Shown: in pieces, positions 1 through 12,710 of the stretch
How the letters are laid out: each line of letters begins with the position of its first letter
How positions within the stretch are numbered: the first letter of the stretch is position 1
Source: Heterodontus francisci
Taxonomy: Eukaryota
Direction of reading: 5' to 3'
DNA length: 64,000 nucleotides
NCBI RefSeq assembly: GCF_036365525.1
Contig: NC_090413.1
Coordinates: 26,612,262 to 26,676,261 of the forward strand
Notes under the pieces: model-generated
The model's input: only the letters and a program-made list of their open reading frames with translations
Told to the model about the DNA's origin: nothing
Databases searched by the model: none
Position numbers and translations under genes: made by a program

Positions 1-1433
1 GTATAACACTGGGGTACCGTACTGGTGGGTACAGGTCTGTCACTGTACAACACTGGGGTACAGTACTGGTGGGTACAGGTCTGTCACTGTACAACACTGG
101 GGTACAGTACTGGTGGGTACAGGTCTGTCACTGTACAACACTGGGGTACAGTACTGGTGGGTACAGGTCTGTCACTGTACAACACTGGGGTACAGTACTG
201 GTGGGTACAGGTCTGTCACTGTATCGCACTGGGGTACAGTACTAGTGGATACAAGTCTGTCACTGTATAGCACTGGGGTACAGTACTAGTGGGTACAGGT
301 CTGTCACTGTATAACACTGGGGTACAATACCAGTGGGTACAGGTCTGTCACTGTATAACACTGGGGTACAGTACTAGTGGGTACAGGTCTGTCACTGTAT
401 AACACTGGGGTACAATACCAGTGGGTACAGGTCTGTCACTGTATAACACTGGGGTACAATACTGGTGGATACAAGTCTGTCACTGTATAACACTGGGGTA
501 CAACACTGGTGGATACAAGTCTGTCACTGTATAACACTGGGGTACAACACTGGTGGATACAAGTCTGTCACTGCATAACACTGGGGAACAGTACTGGTGG
601 GTACAGGTCTGTCACTGTATAACACTGGGGTACAATACCAGTGGGTACAGGTCTGTCACTGTATAACACTGGGGTACAATACTGGTGGATACAAGTCTGT
701 CACTGTATAACACTGGGGTACAATACCGGTGGGTACAGGTCTGTCACTGTGTAACACTGGGGTACAATACCAGTGGGTACAGGTCTGTCACTGTATAACA
801 CTGGGGTACAGTACTAGTGGGTACAGGTCTGTCACTGTATAACACTGGGGTACAATACCAGTGGGTACAGGTCTGTCACTGTATAACACTGGGGTACAAT
901 ACTGGTGGATACAAGTCTGTCACTGTATAACACTGGGGTACAACACTGGTGGATACAAGTCTGTCACTGTATAACACTGGGGTACAACACTGGTGGATAC
1001 AAGTCTGTCACTGTATAACACTGGGGTACAGTACTAGTGGATACAAGTCTGTCTGTATAACACTGGGGTACAATACTGGTGGATACAAGTCTGTCACTGC
1101 ATAACACTGGGGAACAGTACTGGTGGGTACAGGTCTGTCACTGTATAACACTGGGGTACAATACCAGTGGGTACAGGTCTGTCACTGTATAACACTGGGG
1201 TACAATACTGGTGGATACAAGTCTGTCACTGTATAACACTGGGGTACAATACCGGTGGGTACAGGTCTGTCACTGTGTAACAGTGGGGTACAATACTGGT
1301 GGATACAGGTCTGTCACTGTGTAACAGTGGGGTACAATACTGGTGGATACAGGTCTGTCACTGTATAACACTGAAGTACAGTACTGGTGGGTACAGGTCT
1401 GTCACTGTGTAACAGTGGGGTATGGTACAGGTC
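1..1433. repeat. 44-bp minisatellite array (~32 copies, truncated by window start) in a GIPC1 intron
   Basis: Unit GTATAACACTGGGGTACAGTACTGGTGGGTACAGGTCTGTCACT recurs every 44 nt (1, 45, 89...). ORFs 25..270 and 1343..1534 are translations of the repeat. Confidence 0.97.
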
Positions 1434-3436
1434 TAGCACCCTCTAACACTATGGTGAAGTATGTGTTCTCTGCAGCTCTAACACTGGTGGTGGCATCAAC
1501 CCAACCTCTTGTAATAATCTTGTTTCATATATAACACCTCCATCTAGTGCCAGAGTGCAGTATCACTGCACAATTTACAAACAGCCTGAAACAGCTGAGA
1601 TTTGAACTATCCTGTTCAACTCTACGTCTACATAATGATCCACTGTCATTTCCCACCAATTTGGGCAATCGACTCCCTAGCCCAGTTAAGTCCGATCCTT
1701 GTTACTTGTTCTTGCAATCCCCCCTTACCACAAGCTGCATTACCTCAGCAATTCCACTCCGGGGGAAAGTGAGCTGAGGCCAGGTGAGTTTCTGCAGACA
1801 GAAAAGAGCTATGTGAATCAGGGATAGTCACTCTGGCACAACTCAAAGCTGGTGAAGGGGACGGGGATTACAATGCAGGAGAGCATCAAAGTAGGAAAGA
1901 ATAGGAGATAAATTAAGTTGCGGCAAGGCAATGGGTTTTAAAAAGCTTGTGGATTGTACTTGGAAGGGAAGAGGGGTGGTGAGGCAGGTGCACAGTTCTC
2001 CAATTTTAAGCAGAGGACGAATGATTCAGCATGGAAGATAGTGCACTGGACCCCCTTCTTTAAAACTCAGAGGATACGGGTGGTAGAAGAGCACATTGAG
2101 ACAAACATTGAGACAAACAAACATTGAGACAAAGATTTTGAGGCAGTTCCAAACTTACTCCCCCAAAAGGTTGTGGATGCTGAGGGTCAACTGAAATTTA
2201 AGACAGAGATTATAGATTTTCTTTGTTGGGTAAGGGTATCAAAGGATAAATGGGGTTAAGATAGGGGTCAGCCATTATCTAATTGAATAGCGGAACAGGC
2301 TCGAGCGGCTGAATGGCCTTTTACAGTTCCTAAATTCAACGCAGCAATGGCTGAGGTTTGGGAGAAGCAAATGTACTGGCCCAGGAACAGGCATTGTTAT
2401 TCTAAACAGATCTTGGCTGCCATAATTTAGACTAAACTCGTAGGTGAGCCTTAACTCCTGTATACTCTTAAGTGTGGCCTAAGATAGCAAACAGAGAAGG
2501 ATTCTTTGGCTGCTGGACCTACTCTGTGCCTCCCTGTGCTCAGAAGCAGAAGAGAAGCAGAACTCATGACAGCCCCAACAACCAAGGCTACGTATCTGTG
2601 ATTACTGAAGGAGCTAACTAGTTTGACTGAAGCTCTACACAGCTCTGAAACAAAACTGTTGGAACAGCTGACTGACAGCTATCGAGATTTATGAATTTGG
2701 ATAACTGCCAGCTACATTCAGAAGAAGCTAACTAGCCACATACACGGCTGAACAAATCCCATGGTATATTTTTGTTTTAAATATGTGGCTTGACTCCTCT
2801 CTCAATGCAACAGCCTTAGTGACTAGTAGTGCTTGTGACATAGCATTGAGTTAGGCTGGTGATGATTAACTTGCATTTCATAGAATATAAACACTGAAAA
2901 GGCCATTTGTCCCTGGTCTGGCTCTTTGAAAGAGCCATCCAATTAGTCCCACTCCCCTGCTCTTTCCTCATAGCCCTGCAAATGTTTTCTTTTCAAGTAT
3001 CTATCCTATGCCCTTTTGAAAGTTACTATTGAATCTACTTCCACTACCCTTTCAGGGAGCACATTCCAGATCACAACAACTCACTGCATTAAAAAAAAAC
3101 TCATCTTCCTTCACTCCGTTGCCAATTATCTTAAATCTGTGTCCTCTCAATTGTGACTGAAGAAGGAAGAAGCCTTCCTTGGCTTTCGGGATCGGATGGG
3201 AGGTAGCAAATCCACTTCAGACATATTAACAGCCCCTCGGGACAGGTTAGAGAAGAGTTACTGTTTCCGGTGTTATTTTTTTTTTAAATCTAAAAGGCTG
3301 CTTCACCCTTCCTAACCCTGCCCCAGAAATATCAGTACCAGTTAGGCCTGTGAAACCTGCATGACTGCTCCCTCTAACTCTGGGTGGGTTCCCATGATCA
3401 ATGTTAGTGCTGGGGAATTCACTCCTGCTGTCAGTT

Positions 3437-3592
3437 GTGGCTCAGCTGGTAGCACTCTCGCCCGAAGTCAGAAGGTTGTGGGTTCAAGCCCCACTTCAGA
3501 GACGGGCACAAGATCCAGGCCGACACTTCCAGCCCTGTACTGAGGGAGTACTGCACTGTCGAAGATGCCACCTTTCAGATGAGACAACAAAC
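3437..3592 (+). mobile_element. tRNA-derived DeuSINE (SacSINE1-like), 5' fragment
   Basis: A/B-box head TGTGGCTCAGCTGGTAGCACTCTCGCC...GGGTTCAAGCCCCAC followed by the Deu-domain start (GTACTGAGGGAGTACTGCACTGTC). Confidence 0.75.
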
Positions 3593-3881
3593 ACAGCTGC
3601 ACCTCAGCAGCAAAATACTACTACAAAGGAGCGCGACACCAACTTACTTGAATAACAGGAGACCCACAGGTGGGTATAAACTAGTTATCCACCCCAATTA
3701 ATGCTGTACAATGAGGACATTTGCATACACTAGAAGCTAAATGCCCAAGCTCATAGTCCATGGGTTTCATACACATAGCTAATTTGATCACTCTGGGTTG
3801 CGTTCCAATGTGAGACTTAAACTGACAAGAGGACAGTGCACTAACTCCACTACTTCACTCAAAGACGCCTCCAAGACCTAC

Positions 3882-4067
3882 CTTGATAAAAGCATAGCCT
3901 GCGCCATTATCAGTGATGGTCAGTCCCAAAGCATCTTCCGATTTGTAGATCTCCACTTCTTTCCTCTGCCCTTTGATGTGAGCAAAGATGAAATCTTCGA
4001 GGCCAATCTGCCCACCCAGCAGTTTGTCCATGTCCACTTTGTGGGTGTTCAGAGTGCAGAACATGAT
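3882..4067 (-). CDS. GIPC1: GIPC PDZ domain-containing protein 1, coding exon 2 (end of GH1, start of PDZ); gene continues beyond window start
   Basis: [62 protein letters not shown] is near-identical to vertebrate GIPC1. Boundaries are cag|ATC acceptor and AAG|gtaggt donor; 186 nt, phase 0/0. Confidence 0.95.
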
Positions 4068-5555
4068 CTGTGGAGTAACATGGGAAGACATGCACGGTTA
4101 GGCTGGATCATAGCGACCAAATGCTTGTGCAGGATATTGTCTTGGGGGGAGGGGGGCACACTTCTCCACAACTGGGGGAGAAAATTAAATCAATCAACAA
4201 AAAAAGGAGATTAATATGAGACGCTACAGGCCAGGGCAGGACTCCTTCTATCCTGGGGTTACATCAGGCCGGCTGAGGTTTTGGTTAAATTGTACTCCAT
4301 ACGAGCAAAACGAATTTACAGACCAGAAACAGGCCATTCAGCCCAACAGGTCCATGCTGGTCTTTATGCTCCACACGAATCTCCTCTCACCTTACTTCGT
4401 CTCACCCTATCAGCATATTCCTCTATTGCTTTCTCCATCGTGTTTATCTGCTTCCCCTTAAATGCATCTGTATTATTCACCTTAAGTACTCCCTGTGGTA
4501 GCAAGTTACATATTCCAAATCACTCTCGGGGTGAAGAAGCTTCTCCTGAATTCGTTATTGGATTTGTTAGTGACTATCTTATCTTTATGGCCCCTAGTTC
4601 TGGTCTCTCCCCACAAATGAAAGCATCTCTATGTTTACCCTATCGAACCCTTGCATAATTTTAAAGAGTACATGAACTGATTTGCTCACTTTTACTACAA
4701 GCTTTTAATGAACCACATACTTTATCTAGCTTTCCAGAATTGTTTCCCCACTCAACGCCCCCTTAGTAAGTTTAGTACAAAGGATAAAGGAAAGGATAAA
4801 GCTCCCACACCAGGCTGCAACACTGAAGTCAACGCTGGGATGAAAAGCAAAGTAAGAATGGGTAATTATACAGCACCTTTAAAACCATCAGCATGGCCCA
4901 AAGCCCCTCTCAGCCACTGAAGTATTACTGGAAGTTACTCAATTTGGCCTAGGCAAATGCAACATCCAATTTTGTACTGGCTGAGGGATACACAGACCGA
5001 AACAAGGGGAGAACGCCCCTGCTCCAGGAGGGCAGGCAGGGCTTCAGTTTAACATCACCTGCAAAATGGTTCACTGCTCTCTAGTTCAGCTGAGACGATG
5101 TGCTTAAATTCAGGAGTGGGGATCGAGCCAAACTTACAGCCACAGAAGACGACCCAAGGTCAACATTAGGCCAGCCATCTGAATGTGGGAGACATGAACT
5201 GACAACTTTGCGGTTTGAGGCAATCAAACAACATTAATTTGTTTCATTCCGTCGCCAAGGCTCCCAGGGATTATAAGGCTGCTTCTATACTGTTCTTTTC
5301 AGTTGGATTCCAGTGTATTTGATGAAGGGAGTCCAGAACAAGTCGCTATAATCTCAAAATTAGAGCCAGGCCATTCAGCGGTGATGTCAGGAAGCATTTC
5401 TTCACACAAATGGTATTGGAAATCTGGACCTCACCCCTGCAAAAAGCTGTTGAGGCTGGGGGTCAATAGAAAATTTCAAAACTGAGATTGATAGATTTCT
5501 AGGCAATGTTCTGAAGGGATATGGAACCAAGGTGGGGAGATGGAGTTAAAATAAA

Positions 5556-6348
5556 TACTGCGTTTGCTGACAACACAACCACTAGGTGGCACAGTACTAG
5601 CACATATGCAAATGCAGCCTCATGCACTGAAGCGTCACTGTCTGCGACGACTCAGGCAGCTGCCAGGAGTAAAGATGGCGCTGCTCAATTTATCACAAAA
5701 TCAAATGACGCTCAAATCCCCAGTTATGCGAATGCCGCCTCCATCCCACCCCCCAACCATACCCTGCTCCCGGGCTTCTCTTCGCCGCTGCCTCCTGCGC
5801 CCATCTGCTCACCACTCGCTCCCCACCCCCACCTTGCCACTTCTCCACCCCCCCTCCCCCCAGCCACTCGCCACTTCCCCACCCACTCGCCTCGCTGCTT
5901 CCTCCCCCTCTGCTCAGCTCCCTACTCCCTTCTGCTTGCAGTCTCCCTCCCTTCCCTATCCTGTCTCTCTCTCTCTCCCTCCATGCGGGGAAGAGAGATG
6001 GCAACCGCGGGAGGGAGCGGGGAGCAGAGGCAGAGCAGGGGGAGAAGTGGCGAAGCGGGGAGCAAGTGGCCAACAGGTCAGTGGGGGGGGGGGGGGGTGG
6101 GGGTTGAAGTGGGGAGCGAGTGGCTGAGGGGGGACAAGTGGCTAGGATAGGAGGGGTGGTGAGCAGGCGTTGCAGGACGGGATGACTTTTTCGCGCGCAT
6201 GCGCAAATTAGTCCTACGAGTCAGGTGCTGATGTAGGCTGCGCATGCACAGCATCATACGGATGGCAAGAGTCCAATCTGCACATGTGCGAAGCTGGGAG
6301 TGCTCTGATGAACGTCAGCGCTGGGCTGTGCTGTCAGGAGTCACTTTG
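5556..6348. mobile_element. 793-bp GC-rich non-autonomous insertion (foldback/MITE-like) with 9-bp TSD, inside an older CR1 3' fragment
   Basis: TAAAATAAA at 5547-5555 and 6349-6357. Removing the insert restores the CR1 tail ggagttaa..ata..gatcagcc. Degenerate terminal and internal inverted repeats. Confidence 0.65.
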
Positions 6349-9329
6349 TAAAATAAAGGATCAGCCAAGATCTAATTGAATGGCGGAACAGGCTCAAGGG
6401 GTTGAATGGTCTCCTAGTCCTAGTATTGTGAACCTGGCAGATTTTCATATTAAATACAGGGCTGAGCACATCTGAGTTAAGAGTCTGCCAGAACAAAACA
6501 AGTTTAGCAGCAGCAGAGGTGGGAGTGGTCACACCCACAGTAAGCTTCAGGAATCCAAAGTAAATGATGATATAAACGTTTAAAATGTCTTGATGCTGAT
6601 CCTCTGGGATGGAGCACAAAGAACACATGGTCCCTGACCCACAACTGCACGAGGTGGAGCAGGATTCCTATTCCAAAAGGAATCTTCAAAACACTAACTG
6701 CTGAAAGTCTGTTGAGAGTGCTGGTGTCACCAAAATAACCACCTCACCCCTCCCCATAACACAGCACCATCTTTGGTGCATTTCTTGTCCAGAAACCAAC
6801 TCTCCCTCCTCAAGCAAATAGTTATCCACTGAACTAAACTCAACGAGATCTTACTCCAAAGTAAACGTTACTGGGGTTTATTCAGTAGCACAAAACTCTC
6901 AATTTACCCACGTTGCACAAATCTTTCCTCAAACAGTTTTTATTTTGGCTTTTGTTTTGGCTCCACAACCCCCCGCCCCCCCACCAACCCCTTTCCAAAA
7001 AATAAATGATCAGGACCAACAAAACTCCAGGCATATTTGCCTCTAACTGCACTGCAGAAGTTATTCACCCGCTGGGAAGTGTTTCAAGAGGCCCTGAGGA
7101 CATGAAAGGAGCTACATAAATGCACGTTCTTACAGATTGTGCTCACCAAGAGTCAATCCTCTCATTTTTCTTTCGTTCCTTTTCCTCATCATTTTCCCCT
7201 TCCCACCTGAAGATATTTTTGGGAAATGGTTCCAGAGCACCGGGACAATCTCTGGTACTTGCCCAACTAGTCCATGTGCAAACCTCAACCTGCCCGCAAG
7301 TTATTTGGCGGTAGCATCATTGTAGTAGACTCCTTGTTGCTCGAGTATGTTCAAGCTGTAAATAATTTCGCCTTCTGTGGATCCTCTACTGTAGTATACA
7401 ACCAGGACAAACTTAAAAGCCTATCTTTGTCTTGACAATTTTAACCAACCCAGGGCATCCACAGCTTTTTGACAGAGTGTGTTCCAGATTTCCACTACCC
7501 TTTGTGTGAAGAAATGCTTCCTGATTCCACTCCTGAGCAGCTTAGCTCTAATCTTAAGGTCTGCCCCCTTGTTCTGGATTACTCCCACCAGAGAAAATAG
7601 TTTCCCTCTATTAACTCTACATGAACAAATTCAATTATCATGTAAAACAACTCAATTAGATTACCCCTCAACCTTTGAGACTCCCAAGGAATACAAGCCA
7701 CGTTAATCAACACATCCCCATTCAACCTGAGTTCCTATTCAGCATGGGATCCCCACACCATTTGCCCCTGTCTAGTCCAGGAACTGAGACCATTGTAGCA
7801 GCCCCAGCAATGTCACTGCCGAAATTCACAACCCCCGGATAAACCAAGGATACAAGCAATTGTTCTGTTGATCAGTATCTAATCTGCGGACCAACTCCAC
7901 TGTTGTTTGTGTGTTTCTTACCAGCTTTCCCTTAGGATTTTAATCTCCTCTGCCGCATCTCTGAAAAGACACTCAGTGCCACAGTACAGCAGCTGCACTC
8001 CAGAATAAGCAGCAGCCTTGCAAACTGCCTCACTGAATAAACACACTGTGCGAGCTCAGCCAACAACCAGAAATAAATGTATAAAGAGTGTCATTGGCCA
8101 ATATCAGCTTCAGTGGAAAAATAGATCAGATCAGTAAGTCAGATCTGACATATAGTAAACGATAGAAAAAAGTAAAAGAATGAACAGGATTCCAAGAAAA
8201 CTTCATAGCTAGATGATACAGATCGCAACATCCTACAACCAAAATCCCTGCGCTCCTCCAATTCTCTCACACATCCCTGATTGTCATCACTTCATCATTG
8301 ACAGCCTTGCCTTCAGTTGCTAAGACCCTGAACTCTGATATCCCTCCCTAACCTTCTCTCACACTCTCTCCCCTCCTCCCTTCATATGCTCCATAAAACC
8401 TACCTATTTGACCAAATTGTCCTAATTCCTCATATGCCTCAGTGCCAATCTTTATTTGATGATCACTCCTGTGAAGCACCCTGGGATATTTTACTACACA
8501 AAAGGTGCTGTATAAGTACAAGTTGTTGTTGTGAAGGCAGCAAGATGGAGCACTACATGCTACGCTGCAGCAAGATCCAGTAAGACTGTTCCTAATAACG
8601 GATCTATTTTCAGTGTATAGATTACAGCTACTTGTTCAAACAGGCAAAAAACCCAAATAATTCAAACTAGCACTCAATCCACTGGAAGTCTGGCACAGCA
8701 GGTTGTCACCCACTTTACATCCCAGGTTGGTGCAATGTTTTTTGGGAGATGCGGTTGTTGTTCCTCTTGCTCTCTTGGGATAGTCAAATCTAAAGGTTTG
8801 CTCTCTCACTTGTTGCGAAAAAGATCAACACAGCTCACTTGCACCTGAGGCAGTTTTGATCTGCAGCCCTTTCACTCAACAGGCACAAGGCATGTTCTCC
8901 AATCCGATTCTGGAAGTTCAGAATTATTTTTTCATCTTTCCTCATAATTTTGGAAGTCATGTTGCATTTGTCGTGAAGAGTGAGCATGTCTCCACACTCA
9001 GTTTTTGCAGGGCCAGGATATCCAAACCAACATTCCCACAAGAATGTCCCATTTAAAAATGTTGCTTTGGCAGGCTGGTTTGAGGCTGAATTCCACTGAT
9101 ATCCAAACAGCAACCCTTCCATTTACATTGATGATGCTGTGACATCATTCTTCTGGACAAGCCCTTCTCCCTTGCAGGATTGATGCTGAGAGGCAGTTTC
9201 CCCTGGATGGCGAGCCTAGAACCAGGAACATTATCTCAGGATAAGGGGTCGGCCCCTTAGGACTGAGATGAGGAGCAATTTCTTCACTCAAAGTGTTGTG
9301 AATCTTCAGAATTCTCTTACCCCAGAACA

Positions 9330-10268
9330 GTCATTTTTATAAATGACCTGGAAGAGGGTGTAGAAGGGTGGGTTAGCAAATTTGCAGATGACACTAAGGT
9401 CGGTGGAGTTGTGGATAGTGCCGAAGGATGTTGTAGGGTACAGAGGGACATAGATAGGCTGCAGAGCTGGGCTGAGAGATGGCAAATGGAGTTTAATGCG
9501 GAAAAGTGCGAGGTGATTCACTTTGGAAGGAGTAACAGGAATGCAGAGTACTGGGCTAATGGGAAGATTCTTGGTAGTGTAGATAAACAGAGAGATCTTG
9601 GTGTCCAGGTGCATAAATCCCTGAAGGTTGCTACCCAGGTTAATAGGGCTGTTAAGAAGGCATATGGTGTGTTAGCTTTTATTAGTAGGGGGATCGAGTT
9701 TCGGAGCCACGATGTCATGCTGCAGCTGTACAAAACTCTGGTGAGACCGCACCTGGAGTATTGCGTGCAGTGCTGGTCACCGCATTATAGGAAGGACGTG
9801 GAAGCTATGGAAAGGGTGCAGAGGAGATTTACTAGGATGTTGCCTGGTATGGAGGGAAGGTCTTACGAGGAAAGGCTGAGGGACTTGAGGTTGTTTTCGT
9901 TGGAGAGAAGGAGGAGGAGAGGTGACTTAATAGAGACATATAAGATAATCAGAGGGTTGGACAGGGTGGATAGTGAGAGTCTTTTTCCTCGGATGGTGAT
10001 GGCAAACACGAGGGGACATAGCTTTAAGTTGAGGGGTGATAGATATAGGACAGATGTGAGAGGTAGTTTCTTTACACAGAGTAGTAGGGGCGTGGAACGC
10101 CCTGCCTGCAACAGTAGTAGACTCGTCAACTTTAAGGGCATTTAAGTGGTCATTGGATAGACATATGGATGAAAATGGAATAATGTAGGTCAGATGGTTT
10201 CACAGGTCGGCGCAACATCGAGGGCCGAAGGGCCTGTACTGCGCTGTAATGTTCTAATTCTAATAAAA
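9330..10268 (+). mobile_element. Young CR1-clade (HER1-like) LINE, 5'-truncated; RT C-terminal region largely open
   Basis: FADDTK motif upstream of ORF 9411..10145 (LQSWAERWQMEFNAEKCEVIHFG...LYKTLVRPHLEYCVQ); 3' UTR ending GGCCTGTACTGCGCTGTAATGTTCTAATTCTAA. Nested in an older CR1 fragment. Confidence 0.92.
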
Positions 10269-11395
10269 AAGTAGAGGATGCTCTGTCATTGAGCATATTT
10301 AAGACCAAGATTGACAGACTTTTGTACACGAGGGGAATCGAGAGTAGGGTGGTAGATGATCAGCCACGAACCTTATAAATAGCTCAAAGAAGCATATGGC
10401 CTACTCCTGCTCCTATTTCTTAAGTTACCCCAAGCTCCAGATACATCATCTGAGAAACTCTTCCTTTTCCTCCTGCCATCCTCACTGCTTTTGAAATAGA
10501 GGCTCATTTATACTGTCTCGTGGAGTAACTCCTTCTTTCCCTGGGACTTTTAAGATGTGTGTGTGTTAAAACCCTGAGCTCTCTCGGTCTTCCTACAATT
10601 TGAAAACCCAACACCACAAATCATTTCTTCAGAACTGATCGGGTCCATGTGCCTCGATCTGGCACTATATGGGCTTTATCACGTCACCTAGATTTCTGAA
10701 TGGAAACTTTTTTTTAAATGTAGTTATTAAGATGCAGCAGCTGTAGTACATTGTCAAGGCAGCAATACAGACTTTAAATAAACACAGCACCAAAACAAGC
10801 CATTCGCCCAACTAGTCCATACTAGTGTTTCTGCTTCACACGAGCCTCATCCACTCTATTTCATCTCACCCCATCAGTATACCCTCCGTCCAGGTACCAC
10901 ACGCCCCTTCTCAGGGCACCATCTTTGCTCCTCCTGCAGGGTGCCCCACCGCCCCATTGCTACCCTTGCCCCCCCAGGTGCCAACCTCACCCCTCCAAGG
11001 TGCCACCTTCCCTCAAGCGTGCACCCCCATGCCCTTGCATCTCGGGTGCCCTTCCCCCACAGTACAACCTCACACCACATCCCCCCTTTGTTCAACCCTC
11101 AAGTTGCCCCCCCCCCCAGAGTGCCCCCTTCTCATTCCCCTAGGGTGCCCCCTTACCCCTCCCCCAGAGTGCCCTCCCCCTTGCCCATCCCCCAGTGTGT
11201 CATTCCTCCCCCAGCCCTTCCACCTTACATACCACCAGGGTGATGCCCCTTGCCCTCCCAGGTGCCCCTCACCCAGAGTGCCACCTTGGCCCTTCCACCT
11301 CGAATGCCCTCCTCCCATAGTGCAACACTGTACCTGCTGCTCCCTCGCCCCGCCCCCCTCCACACCTCCCACCCTGCCTGCCCCCCAACTCTAAC

Positions 11396-11659
11396 CTCTG
11401 ACGGGTGTAGGCCGAACGCCTCCCCGAGCTTGGCGTACAGCTCCCGGACGTTGCAGAATCCCTCCACGCGGCCGGTGGCGCTGCCGTGCGCCAGCTGCGT
11501 GTGGAAGACGAGGCGCGGCCGAATCACGGGGCGGGTGGTGACGGGCCCGGACCCCGGCTCGCCGGCCGCCTCCCGCTCCAGCCAGCGCTCCCTGGACGCC
11601 GCATCCGCCTCATCGTTCTCCACCAGCGGAGCGGCCTTCTTCCAGCGGCCCAGCGGCAT
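11396..11659 (-). CDS. GIPC1: GIPC1 coding exon 1 (N-terminus and GH1 domain)
   Basis: [18 protein letters not shown]...[42 protein letters not shown] matches the GIPC1 N-terminus (PLVEN motif). Donor GAG|gttaga; CpG-rich; 264 nt, in phase with exon 3882-4067. Confidence 0.93.
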
Positions 11660-11764
11660 CGACCCGGCTCGGCGGCAGCTCAATAGCCGGCTCCCCGGGC
11701 TTCGGCTCAGGGGAACGTCCCCTCTCGGGGGCGGGATCATTGCCAGGGCGTGATGGACAGCATC

Positions 11765-11945
11765 GACAGCCAATCGAGAGTCAGCATCAAGGGCCTACTT
11801 AATAATTATTCTACCAATAATAAATCCGGCTTTCTCAACCAATCAAAACGGGGTATGCAAATTGTCTGAATCTTAATACGGCCAATAAACGTGCAATTCA
11901 ATATTAATGACAGGTTTCACCAATCGGAAGAAGAAATTCAAATTA
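11765..11945 (-). promoter_or_regulatory. Putative GIPC1 promoter: five CCAAT boxes plus an octamer
   Basis: CCAAT at 11770, 11814, 11839, 11882 and 11920 (+ strand) and ATGCAAAT at 11855-11862, immediately upstream of the CpG-rich first coding exon. Confidence 0.7.
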
Positions 11946-11977
11946 TATGAATATATAATTAATTTTAAGATTCACGT

Positions 11978-12710
11978 GTGTGACTCAGTTGGTTGCATGC
12001 GCCTTCTGAGTCAGGAGGTTGTGGGTTCGCGCCCCGCAATGTAGATTGATATCCCCAATGCAGTACTGAGAGAGTGCTGCACTGGCAGAGGTGCTGGCTT
12101 TTTAAAAATTCATTCATGGGATGTGGGCGTCGCTGGCCAGGCCAGCATTTATTTCCCATCCCTAATTGCCCTTGAGAAGGTGGTGGTGAGCTGCCTTCTT
12201 GAACCGCTGCAGCCCATGTGAGGTAGGTACACCCACAGTGCTGTTAGGAAGGGAGTTCCAGGATTTTGACCCAGCAACAGTGAAGGAATGGCGATTATAG
12301 TTCCAAGTCAGGATGGTGTGTGACTTGGAGGGGAACTTGCAGGTGGTGGTGTTCCCATGTATTTGCTGCCCTTGTCCTTCTAGTTGGTAGAGGTCGCGGG
12401 TTTGGAAGGTGCTGTCTGAGGCTGTCTTTCAGCTGGGACACTCTCTTAGGGGGTCGTAAAAGATCCCACAGCACAATTTCAAAGAAGAGTGTGTTCTCTC
12501 CAGTGCCCTGCCCAATATTTACTCCTCAACCAATACCTTAAAAACAAATAATCTGCCCACATTTACATGAATGTTTGTGGGAGCTTGCTGTGCGAAATAT
12601 CAGCTGCTGCGTTTCCTGCAACCGTGATTAAACATCAAAAGTACTTCATTAGCTCTAAGTGTCTTGGGATGACCCAAGTTTGTGAAAGGCACTATATGAA
12701 TGCAAATTTT
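11978..12710 (+). mobile_element. DeuSINE (SacSINE1-like) interrupted by an antisense LINE 3' fragment (~12100-12418)
   Basis: tRNA head at 11978 and Deu domain resuming at ~12420 with tail GAAAGGCACTATATGAATGCAA. The insert matches the 3' end of the 35131-38277 LINE. Confidence 0.8.

Noticed and set aside
1-1433. Regular array as a CRISPR locus or repeat-protein gene
   Set aside because: Units abut with no unique spacers, the context is eukaryotic, and the 44-nt period is not a multiple of 3, so the ORFs are artefacts.
2093-2133. ACATTGAGACAAAC triplication
   Set aside because: Short slippage duplication with no further structure.
5521-6150. 209-aa and 187-aa Pro/Gly-rich ORFs
   Set aside because: Low-complexity translations of a GC-rich insertion that start in a CR1 fragment; no domain or splice support.
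5556-6348. Termini as RAG recombination signals or Transib/ProtoRAG TIRs (CAAAGTG heptamer-like end)
   Set aside because: The spacer would be ~9 nt rather than 12/23, nonamers and the left heptamer match poorly, and the TSD is 9 bp rather than 5 bp.
9411-10145. 244-aa ORF as a host gene
   Set aside because: It is the CR1 ORF2 C-terminus of a 5'-truncated LINE.
10825-11394. 189-aa proline-rich ORF on +
   Set aside because: Translation of C-rich intronic low-complexity sequence antisense to GIPC1.
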